Shown: one piece after another, positions 45,371-51,416 of the stretch
How positions within the stretch are numbered: the first letter of the stretch is position 1
Layout of the letters: each line of letters begins with the position of its first letter
DNA from: an uncultured Eubacteriales bacterium
GTDB lineage: Bacteria; Bacillota; Clostridia; Oscillospirales; CAG-272
NCBI GenBank assembly: GCA_900548735.1
Contig: URMC01000002.1
Coordinates: 1 to 51,416 of the forward strand
Direction: 5' to 3'
Length of the DNA: 51,416 nt
Notes under the pieces: model-generated
Databases searched by the model: none
Seen by the model: only the letters and a program-made list of their open reading frames with translations
What the model was told of the DNA's origin: nothing
Translations under genes and position numbers: made by a program

Positions 45371-47788
45371 TTATGCGTTTGGTTTTTCCCACATTTTCGG
45401 GGTAACGGTATACCGGTTTTCATACCATTTCGCGCCGTCCTCGTGATACCAATATTCAAGATTGGAGTTACCGCCGCCCTCGGCATAAGGGTCGGTCGGG
45501 CTGTAGAACACAATATTCCAGTCTTTAATCTGTGCCTCAGTGAAGCCATCAACGATTTGTTCGTCAAATTTCCCGTAACCGTAGTACACCTTTTGGGGGG
45601 CGTTTTCATTTGTCATAAGCGCGTCCATAAATCTGGCACTGACAGAACCGCTGACAACCCATTCCTTGTGTGTTGAGTGATTGATAACATTGAAAGTGTC
45701 GTTAGTGCTCGAAAACGCGCGATGATCGACAAAGCGGACATTTTCACCGATGATGATTTCTTCCAGATTTGTACATCCCTCAAACATACTCGCGGGGATG
45801 TTTACCACGCCGTTGCCTATTGTCACTTTTTTCAGTTTTTCGCACCCCGCAAACACATGACCGCTATTGCTGTAATAGCTAAAAGCCCTATCAGAATAAT
45901 TATCAGTCTCGGTTAACCAATATTCGCCGATTTCCTTCACTGAATCGGGAATCACAATTTCTTCGATGCCGGTACGCCAAAACGCGCCCGACATAATATT
46001 TTGAACCGTGTCACCGATGGTGACTTTTTTGAGATTGCTGCATCTTGCAAATGTAAATTGCGGAATCACCGTGATGTTATCGATCGTAACCTCGCTGATA
46101 CCCTTACACAGTTCGAAAAGTCCCCCACCGACACCGTCTCCGAGTGTGGTACCGTCTTTTTCCCAATTCGCATCGCCTGCGGCAGCGCGAAGAATGCCTC
46201 CACCGTTAATATGAAGCTTGAATGTCTTGCCGTCATAGCTGTCATCATAACGGTCCACCCAACCGGGTAAATCGTAATATTCTGCCAGAGTGGTAACATA
46301 TCCGTGTTCGTCTGCAGCCCTTCTTGTGCTATAATTCACATAAAGCAAAGGCATTGTAAGGTCTTCAAGGCCTGCACAGTTTGAAAATGCTTTGTGACCG
46401 ATTGAGGTAACCTCAGGGGTGAGCACGATTTCCGCAACGTTTTTCAGATTTGCAAAGGCATAATTGCCGACCATACCGCCGGTCACGGTCAGTTTTTTCA
46501 GGCTCGTCGGGATGGCACCCGCTGCCTCGGCGTTGTTCGCATAGCCGAACAGATAGCCGACATTCGTATAGTTGCTTGTTGTGTAATCAGAGCCAAGGTA
46601 GGGCATGGTCAGCTCGGTGAGCCAGTGGCAGTCTTTCAGCGCGCCCTCTTTGATGTGGTTGAACAGGGGCGAAATCTTGACCTTGGTCACGGTGCTGTCC
46701 GGCACGCCCGTGAGCATACAGAATTTCTGACCGTTCGGGAGACTGTATTCATCGTCCACGACGTAGAGCAGGTTTTCAAAGTCAGGTTTCAGCGTCCAGT
46801 CGGCATACAGGGTGATGTTTTCTGCCATGCCGGCGGCAAGGCCGTCCTCGCCGACCAGTTCCCCATAGGGGCCGTTCAGGCGCCAGCCGTTGAACGTGTA
46901 ATCATATTTTTCCAGCGAGCGGGGGGTGATGGCATCCATCACGGTAAAGGTGTCATCGTTATCGTTGAAAACGCCCATCGTGTTTTTGTAGGTAATGGAA
47001 TACGAGTTCAGGCTCCACACGGCGTGCACCGTGACGTCCCGCGCGGTTGCGGTGTCGATCTCGGTGATTTCGTTCCACTCCTCATCGCACCAGTAAAGGA
47101 ACGTATACCCTCTCTTTGCCGGGGCGAGGAGTTTCACCTTGCCGGAAGCCAACTCGAAACTGGCGGGGTTGGGGCTGGGCGCATCCTCCAGACCCTCATA
47201 GGTCATATTGATGCGGTTTTCCAGCAGGTAGGTCGCCAGTTTGTCGGTTTTATAGTTGAAATAAAGCTGAGAGCTGGCACCGTAGTGCAACATATCGCGG
47301 ATGGTGGCGATAAGATTGGGGTCGGTTGTGCCCGCAACGCCCTCTACCAGCCCCAGCTTGCGCTCGGCATAGGTGCAGACGCTGTACTCGGTCATCTCCC
47401 CGTAAGTGGTGGCGCCTCTGTATTTGACATAGGGCTGAGAATACACCTTGTCGGTCATTTCTTTCGCGCCAAGGTCGGTGTATTTGAGCACGTAACAGTC
47501 CGTGCCGCCAACGGTCTCGGTTTTGAAGGCTTTCAGGTCGGCAACCGCGGTTTTCGGTGTGCGCTCCTCGGTTCCCTCCCGCCAGATCAACACCCCGACG
47601 TCCGAAAGGGCGGGCGTGCCCGCGCCCTCCACTTTTACGGCGTACTCAATATACACCTGATTGCCGAAAACCAGGTTATAGGCGTACAGTTCCGCCGTTG
47701 CCGCGGTTTTCGCACAGCCGGAAACCAGGGTCAGCACCGAAAGCGCCAGCAGAACCGCAAGACCAAACAGAATCAGTTTCTTTTTCAT
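45371..47788 (-). CDS. Surface lipoprotein with Listeria/Bacteroides-type repeats and BspA-type leucine-rich repeats
   Basis: Lipobox MKKKLILFGLAVLLALSVLTLVSGC; YTFLYWCDEEWNEI and YDYTFNGWRL repeat signatures; LRR_5-like AFSNCAGLEDLTMP, FARCSNLKKVTIGDTV, FEGCTNLEEIIIGENV; RBS gggggagg. Confidence 0.8.
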   Translation of the reverse strand: MKKKLILFGLAVLLALSVLTLVSGCAKTAATAELYAYNLVFGNQVYIEYAVKVEGAGTPALSDVGVLIWREGTEERTPKTAVADLKAFKTETVGGTDCYVLKYTDLGAKEMTDKVYSQPYVKYRGATTYGEMTEYSVCTYAERKLGLVEGVAGTTDPNLIATIRDMLHYGASSQLYFNYKTDKLATYLLENRINMTYEGLEDAPSPNPASFELASGKVKLLAPAKRGYTFLYWCDEEWNEITEIDTATARDVTVHAVWSLNSYSITYKNTMGVFNDNDDTFTVMDAITPRSLEKYDYTFNGWRLNGPYGELVGEDGLAAGMAENITLYADWTLKPDFENLLYVVDDEYSLPNGQKFCMLTGVPDSTVTKVKISPLFNHIKEGALKDCHWLTELTMPYLGSDYTTSNYTNVGYLFGYANNAEAAGAIPTSLKKLTVTGGMVGNYAFANLKNVAEIVLTPEVTSIGHKAFSNCAGLEDLTMPLLYVNYSTRRAADEHGYVTTLAEYYDLPGWVDRYDDSYDGKTFKLHINGGGILRAAAGDANWEKDGTTLGDGVGGGLFELCKGISEVTIDNITVIPQFTFARCSNLKKVTIGDTVQNIMSGAFWRTGIEEIVIPDSVKEIGEYWLTETDNYSDRAFSYYSNSGHVFAGCEKLKKVTIGNGVVNIPASMFEGCTNLEEIIIGENVRFVDHRAFSSTNDTFNVINHSTHKEWVVSGSVSARFMDALMTNENAPQKVYYGYGKFDEQIVDGFTEAQIKDWNIVFYSPTDPYAEGGGNSNLEYWYHEDGAKWYENRYTVTPKMWEKPNA

Positions 47789-47816
47789 GATGCTTCGTTT
47801 CCTCCCCCTTTGATTA

Positions 47817-47927
47817 TCAGCCGTGGATATCCCACTCACCCTTATTGCCGGATCTTGAGAGGATGTCCGTGGCGGACAGATAAATAATGTGGATTTCGGG
47901 TGCCGTGTAGCATTGTTTTTCTTTCAT
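47817..47927 (-). CDS. Candidate 36-aa small protein upstream of the LRR lipoprotein gene
   Basis: MKEKQCYTAPEIHIIYLSATDILSRSGNKGEWDIHG. RBS aaaggggga 3 nt before the ATG, 28 nt upstream of the lipoprotein start, downstream of a good promoter. Not in the track (under 60 aa). Confidence 0.35.
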   Translation of the reverse strand: MKEKQCYTAPEIHIIYLSATDILSRSGNKGEWDIHG

Positions 47928-47986
47928 ATGTCCCCCTTTCGCGCATAGATTAAATGCCTTTTAATAACCGATCGTTCATTTATTAC

Positions 47987-48015
47987 AGTATAGCACACCG
48001 CAAAGAAAAAGGCAA
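47987..48015 (-). promoter_or_regulatory. sigma-A promoter for small ORF + LRR lipoprotein
   Basis: Minus strand TTGCCT, 17 nt, TGcTATACT. Confidence 0.55.
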
Positions 48016-48071
48016 CCGGAAAATGAAATTCTTCTCAAAATTCACAAATCGGAGAAAGTTTTTCTAAAACA

Positions 48072-48172
48072 AAAAGGCGGCAACTGCCGCCCGCCCCTCG
48101 CCTTTGTTTCGCCGGGTTTTCGCCTGTGGCGAAAATTCACGCGCCCTGCGCCTTGCAAGCGAGCTTGCCAGG
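48072..48172. repeat. Left copy of the ~100-bp repeat shared with 49349-49456
   Basis: aaaaggcggcaactgccgcccgcccctcgcctttgtttcgccgg..ttttcgcctgNggcgaaaattcacgcgccctgcgccttgcaagcgagcttgc is nearly identical at both loci. Confidence 0.85.
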
Positions 48173-48318
48173 TCAATTCAGATGCCGCGCGATGGCACAC
48201 TTCTCCCTTGGTGAAGCAGGGGATTGCAAGTGACCGCGATCTTCCGAACAATGTTTGTAAACGTGCTTATGTATATTACGTTCGAATCCAAGTTTCTTAG
48301 CGTTCATCCTTCCTTTCC

Positions 48319-48358
48319 ATAAAAATAAGCCAAACGCTCGGCTGAGGAGCGTTTGGCT
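48319..48358 (-). terminator. Terminator of the orphan lipoprotein gene
   Basis: agccaaacgctc-ggctgag-gagcgtttggct 12-bp stem; minus strand continues tatttttat. Confidence 0.7.
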
Positions 48359-48467
48359 ATGTAGGTTATTCAGTCAGGCAAACTGGAATTTATTTAACCA
48401 GGACAATAACATAGTATTTTATATAATTGATGTTATATTTCAATATACTCTTCCGTTTTGATAAACG

Positions 48468-49031
48468 TTAATGATTTCGGATGACCGATTCACTCTTTAT
48501 TTCAAAAGCGATTTTGCCGTCCGATATTTTATATTCCACCACATATTGATACCCCACAATGGGATTCTCCATTGCATGATCGGTTTTATCAAATAAGCAC
48601 AGACTCAAGCCAAATTCTCCGTCTGTTTTATCGAAAAAACTGTTTTCAAAATGCAAAGTGGCTTCTTTTTTATAATTATAGTTACCGTCCGAAACGGTAC
48701 AAGAATAATCGTCTTTATCAAGACCTTCAATGCTTTGTAAAATCGACGGAGCTTTGCCACTATTGTCGGATGCTAAAAAAACCGCTTTATAATTTTCAAG
48801 GTTTGTAGAGTTTATTCCATAACGAACAGTAATGGAAACGGTATCAAGCGAGAACAATGAATTGAGGTTTGAAACCGAAAAAGAACAAATTCTTTTCTCT
48901 TCGGGCGGATTGGGCTGCGGTTTATCTTCTGTTTTTTTATTACAACCAACAAAAAGCAAAGACGTAAATATCAATATAAATAATAAGGCAAGCGAAACTA
49001 CATTTTTTCTCTTTAACGAATGGATTTTCAT
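48468..49031 (-). CDS. Orphan AT-rich lipoprotein (187 aa)
   Basis: Lipobox LALLFILIFTSLLFVGC; RBS aggagg; own promoter and terminator. Composition 22/60 G+C in 48481-48540 versus 39/60 in 15001-15060. Confidence 0.7.
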   Translation of the reverse strand: MKIHSLKRKNVVSLALLFILIFTSLLFVGCNKKTEDKPQPNPPEEKRICSFSVSNLNSLFSLDTVSITVRYGINSTNLENYKAVFLASDNSGKAPSILQSIEGLDKDDYSCTVSDGNYNYKKEATLHFENSFFDKTDGEFGLSLCLFDKTDHAMENPIVGYQYVVEYKISDGKIAFEIKSESVIRNH

Positions 49032-49160
49032 TTTGGACCTCCTAATAAGTTTATATCCTTTCTTTCCGCAAAAATAAGCCAAACGCTCGGCTGAGTATCT
49101 GTCACTACATGATATGCAAACACCTCCGAACCTCCATAAATCCCGATTTATCGATATTTT

Positions 49161-49189
49161 ATTATACCATCAATCTTCCCGATTTTCAA
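49161..49189 (-). promoter_or_regulatory. Promoter of the orphan lipoprotein gene
   Basis: Minus strand TTGAAA, 17 nt, TGgTATAAT. Confidence 0.55.
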
Positions 49190-49230
49190 TCTCAATCGCG
49201 CAATCAACTTGGAAAGGAACGACCGCCTGG

Positions 49231-49555
49231 TTTTCGCCTGCGGCGAAAATTCACGCGCCCTGCGCCTTGCAAGCGAGCTTGCAGAGCTTCGGGCGGTGAA
49301 ACCGAACCGACGCATTGCGAAGCAATGCCCGGAAGAATTTATGCCATTCCAGCCAAAAAGAGGCGGCAACTGCCGCCCGCCCCTCGCCTTTGTTTCGCCG
49401 GATTTTCGCCTGCGGCGAAAATTCACGCGCCCTGCGCCTTGCAAGCGAGCTTGCAGATCTTCGGGCGGTGAAACCGAACCGACGCATTGCAAAGCAATGC
49501 CCGGAAGAATTTATGCCATCCCAGCCAAAAAGAGGCGGCAACTGCCGCCTCTTTT
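49231..49555. repeat. 172-bp tandem repeat (about 1.9 units) abutting tRNA-Gln
   Basis: Unit 1 starts at 49231 and unit 2 at 49403, with 3 mismatches over ~148 aligned nt. Each unit contains hairpins ttttcgcc-tgc-ggcgaaaa, tgcaagc-ga-gcttgca, gcattgc-RAA-gcaatgc. Confidence 0.85.
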
Positions 49556-49630
49556 TGGCTGGGATGGCCGGATTCGAACCGACGAATACCAGAGTCAAAG
49601 TCTGGTGCCTTACCGCTTGGCGACATCCCA
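49556..49630 (-). tRNA. tRNA-Gln(TTG): tRNA-Gln (anticodon TTG), CCA encoded
   Basis: Reverse complement TGGGATGTCGCCAAGCGGTAAGGCACCAGACTTTGACTCTGGTATTCGTCGGTTCGAATCCGGCCATCCCAGCCA. Confidence 0.95.
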
Positions 49631-49712
49631 ATATGAATACCGATATATTATAGCACAAGCGGCGGCGCGCTGTCAAGAGCGCGGGGGAAAAATTTCCGCA
49701 TGAGCGGCGGTG

Positions 49713-49763
49713 CAAAAATGCCCGTTGCCCCGGCGAAGCCCGCCGGGGCAACGGGCATTTTTT
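49713..49763. terminator. Strong bidirectional terminator after spoVAC
   Basis: atgcccgttgccccggcg-aagcc-cgccggggcaacgggcat, 18-bp stem with A5/T7 flanks, 5 nt from the spoVAC stop codon. Confidence 0.8.
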
Positions 49764-49767
49764 TCAC

Positions 49768-50220
49768 TCAGTGCACAAACAATGTGCAGATCCAATAGAT
49801 GAGCCCGTAAAGGGCACCTACGGCGGTGCCGTAAAGTAATACGGGGCCCGCCACCGTAAAGATTTTCGCCCCGACGCCCAGCACAAACCCCTCGGATTTG
49901 CTGTCGATTGCGGGGGATGCCACCGCGTTGGCAAAGCCTGTGATCGGCACCAGCGTGCCGCCGCCCGCAAACTTGGCAATCTTGTCAAACACGCCGATGG
50001 CGGTCAGCACCACTGCCACAAATACCAAAATCACCGAGGTCAGCGTGCCGGCGTCATCCGTATCCATTTTGCACGCCATAGTCCAGATCAGATTCAGCCC
50101 CTGTGCCACAAGGCAGATGCCGCCGCCCACCAAAAACGCGTGCAGGCAGTTCTTCAGCACCGGGGAGCGGGGCGCGCGCGCCTCTACGTACCGCGCGTAG
50201 GTTTTTTTATCCATATTCAT
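49768..50220 (-). CDS. spoVAC: Stage V sporulation protein AC
   Basis: LKNCLHAFLVGGGICLVAQ, VPITGFANAVASPAIDSKSEGFVLGVGAKIF closely follow the SpoVAC pattern. ATG 50220 with RBS ggagg. Confidence 0.9.
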   Translation of the reverse strand: MNMDKKTYARYVEARAPRSPVLKNCLHAFLVGGGICLVAQGLNLIWTMACKMDTDDAGTLTSVILVFVAVVLTAIGVFDKIAKFAGGGTLVPITGFANAVASPAIDSKSEGFVLGVGAKIFTVAGPVLLYGTAVGALYGLIYWICTLFVH

Positions 50221-50259
50221 CACAATTCCTCCGTTTTTCCTGTTTTCGGCAAAAAGGAC

Positions 50260-50288
50260 TTTACATTTTTGCCGAAACACGCTATACT
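50260..50288 (+). promoter_or_regulatory. Possible promoter for 50337 ORF
   Basis: TTTACA, 17 nt, TATACT. The -35 box is embedded in the inverted repeat ttcggcaaaaa/tttttgccgaa. Confidence 0.4.
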
Positions 50289-50336
50289 GTATATCGATGA
50301 GGAGAGCAACTTCGCCTCCCCGGAAAGGAGAACCTT

Positions 50337-50675
50337 ATGTCTGAGTTCAACCGGTTTTGCAGTGCCGCCAAGCGCACTGCGGGAAAAATCACCACCAAAG
50401 CGGGCGAGCTTGCCGACCTTGCCGCACTGAAACTGAAAATCAAGGGTCTGCAGCTTCGCATTGACGAGCAATACGAAAAGCTGGGAGAGCTGGTCTACCG
50501 GGATCTGCACACTGAGGATGACCTGGAAGCCGAAAAGCTTGCGGTCATTGCCGCAATCGACGGGCTGTTTGACCAGCTGAGCGAGCTGGAGGGGCGTTGC
50601 TCCGCCGAAACGCCTGCCGCGGAAACCGCCGGAGCGCCGGAGGCAACTGCCACTGAAGAAGCACCCTTGGAATAA
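50337..50675 (+). CDS. Hypothetical coiled-coil protein with acidic Ala/Glu/Thr-rich tail
   Basis: 112 aa; RBS aaaggaga; heptad-like LKLKIKGLQLRIDEQYEKLGELVY; terminator follows. Confidence 0.6.
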   Translation: MSEFNRFCSAAKRTAGKITTKAGELADLAALKLKIKGLQLRIDEQYEKLGELVYRDLHTEDDLEAEKLAVIAAIDGLFDQLSELEGRCSAETPAAETAGAPEATATEEAPLE

Positions 50676-50691
50676 CGCCGCGCACTCCCCT

Positions 50692-50717
50692 GCCCCCGCC
50701 TTGCGCGGGGGCTTTTT
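50692..50717 (+). terminator. Intrinsic terminator
   Basis: gcccccgc-cttgc-gcgggggc followed by T5. Confidence 0.7.
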
Positions 50718-50750
50718 CATACCGTCAGGGGGGTAAATGTCAAAATTTGC

Positions 50751-51020
50751 TTAAACCGAGACCTTGGAGGCAAACTTTGTTTTGGTTTGCTGAATCTTGT
50801 TCTCCGGTGCCTTGGTCACGGGGTACCAGCCGCGGCTGTTCATCTCTTCAAAGATGTGCTGCTGAATGTTATGCGTGTCGTTCAGAAGCCCGGTGAGACA
50901 CTGAATCATCTCCGGCGTGGCGCACTCCAGAAGAAAAATGTTATACATATTGGCAAGGTGCTTTTCGCCCATCAACAGCTCTGTGATTGCCGTTTTATTG
51001 CAAAACTCCGCGTTTTCCAT
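50751..51020 (-). CDS. CotF-like spore coat protein
   Basis: 89 aa; ITELLMGEKHLANMYNIFLLECATPE...LNDTHNIQQHIFEEMNSRGWY matches the Coat F domain pattern. Confidence 0.8.
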   Translation of the reverse strand: MENAEFCNKTAITELLMGEKHLANMYNIFLLECATPEMIQCLTGLLNDTHNIQQHIFEEMNSRGWYPVTKAPENKIQQTKTKFASKVSV

Positions 51021-51032
51021 CCCGTCTCCTCC

Positions 51033-51218
51033 TTATTTCACGTTGGCATACAGCTGGTCAAGGTGCTGTTTGTGCCGTTTTTCCATCTGCTGAAAGCAGT
51101 CCTTCAACTGTGCGTCATCCGTCATTTGTGCGCAATATGCGTACTTATCGGCAAAAACGCTTTCCGCCTCCATGAGATCCCCCAGTGCCGTGAGTTCCTT
51201 TTCTGTAATCTGTGCCAT
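51033..51218 (-). CDS. Small helical protein paired with the CotF-like gene
   Basis: 61 aa MAQITEKELTALGDLMEAESV...; RBS aaggagg; 12 nt upstream of the CotF-like gene. Confidence 0.6.
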   Translation of the reverse strand: MAQITEKELTALGDLMEAESVFADKYAYCAQMTDDAQLKDCFQQMEKRHKQHLDQLYANVK

Positions 51219-51275
51219 TTTTATTCCTCCTTTTTCTGCACTGCTCCTATTTTTGCCGCCGGTTGAAAATTTATA

Positions 51276-51306
51276 CAAAAAAAGCCCGCGTTTGCGGGCT
51301 TTTTTT
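51276..51306. terminator. Bidirectional terminator
   Basis: A7-agcccgc-gttt-gcgggct-T7. Confidence 0.75.
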
Positions 51307-51416
51307 AATAGCGATACGTATCGCCGTCTATTAACTGATTAATGTAAAACTCCTCGGTGGGGGAAAAGGGTTGATTGGTATACACTGAATTGGGAGCATC
51401 TTTCCGATGGACCCCC
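51305..51416 (-). CDS. 3' end of an unidentified CDS running off the window
   Basis: Minus-strand frame open from the window edge to TAA at 51307-51305 (...FYINQLIDGDTYRY*), immediately followed by the terminator. Confidence 0.35.
   Translation of the reverse strand, partial: GVHRKDAPNSVYTNQPFSPTEEFYINQLIDGDTYRY

Noticed and set aside
46625-47887. 420-aa plus-strand ORF opposite the LRR lipoprotein gene
   Set aside because: Antisense to a protein with lipobox and LRR repeats, with no RBS. It also masks the small minus-strand ORF at 47817-47927.
49556-49630. Integrative element or prophage inserted at tRNA-Gln
   Set aside because: No integrase, recombinase or phage genes are present. The copies of the tRNA 3' end in the repeats are inverted relative to the tRNA gene, so they are hairpin arms rather than att-type direct repeats.
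48042-49751. Multiple 60-170-aa ORFs on both strands inside the repeat region around tRNA-Gln (e.g. 48042-48251, 49109-49471, 49209-49703, 49251-49751)
   Set aside because: They read through tandem and hairpin repeats and even through the tRNA gene. The translations are Arg/Ala/Pro-rich and duplicated only because the DNA is repeated.

Overview
High-GC (about 60-65% in sampled stretches) chromosomal segment. The gene content (spoVAC, CotF-like coat genes, DegV/DAK2 pair, ppdK, glycyl-radical enzyme) suggests a spore-forming anaerobic Clostridia, probably Oscillospiraceae/Ruminococcaceae-like; that assignment is inference. Most of the window is housekeeping: ABC exporter (5' partial), aspartokinase, HIT, upp, mtaB, rpmB, proC, ppdK, typA, ldh, kdgK-eda, lnt, rluA-family, and tRNA-Tyr, tRNA-Thr and tRNA-Gln. 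Four parts deserve attention. (1) A tightly coupled five-gene minus-strand operon (25682-32786) joins an unusually short glycyl-radical enzyme and its activase to a HAD hydrolase, a GH36 and a GH51 glycosidase. It sits behind a consensus promoter with a perfect palindromic operator. I consider this the best candidate for an undescribed pathway. (2) A sigma/anti-sigma pair lies downstream of a BspA-type LRR lipoprotein and a 36-codon upstream ORF. This block is punctuated by a stop-codon-bearing palindromic element, TAGCCTGACAGG. (3) A ~1.06 kb AT-rich islet encoding an orphan lipoprotein is bracketed by direct repeats. It lies beside tRNA-Gln and a 172-bp tandem repeat whose last unit forms a 26-bp-arm hairpin with the tRNA 3' end. 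(4) Dispersed GC-rich hairpin repeat families occur at 16551-16696 and 39296-39720, the latter with a G13 homopolymer. No CRISPR array, rRNA, transposase, integrase or recognisable defence system was seen. The many long antisense ORFs in the track are high-GC artefacts. All family assignments come from motif recognition by eye, not database searches.
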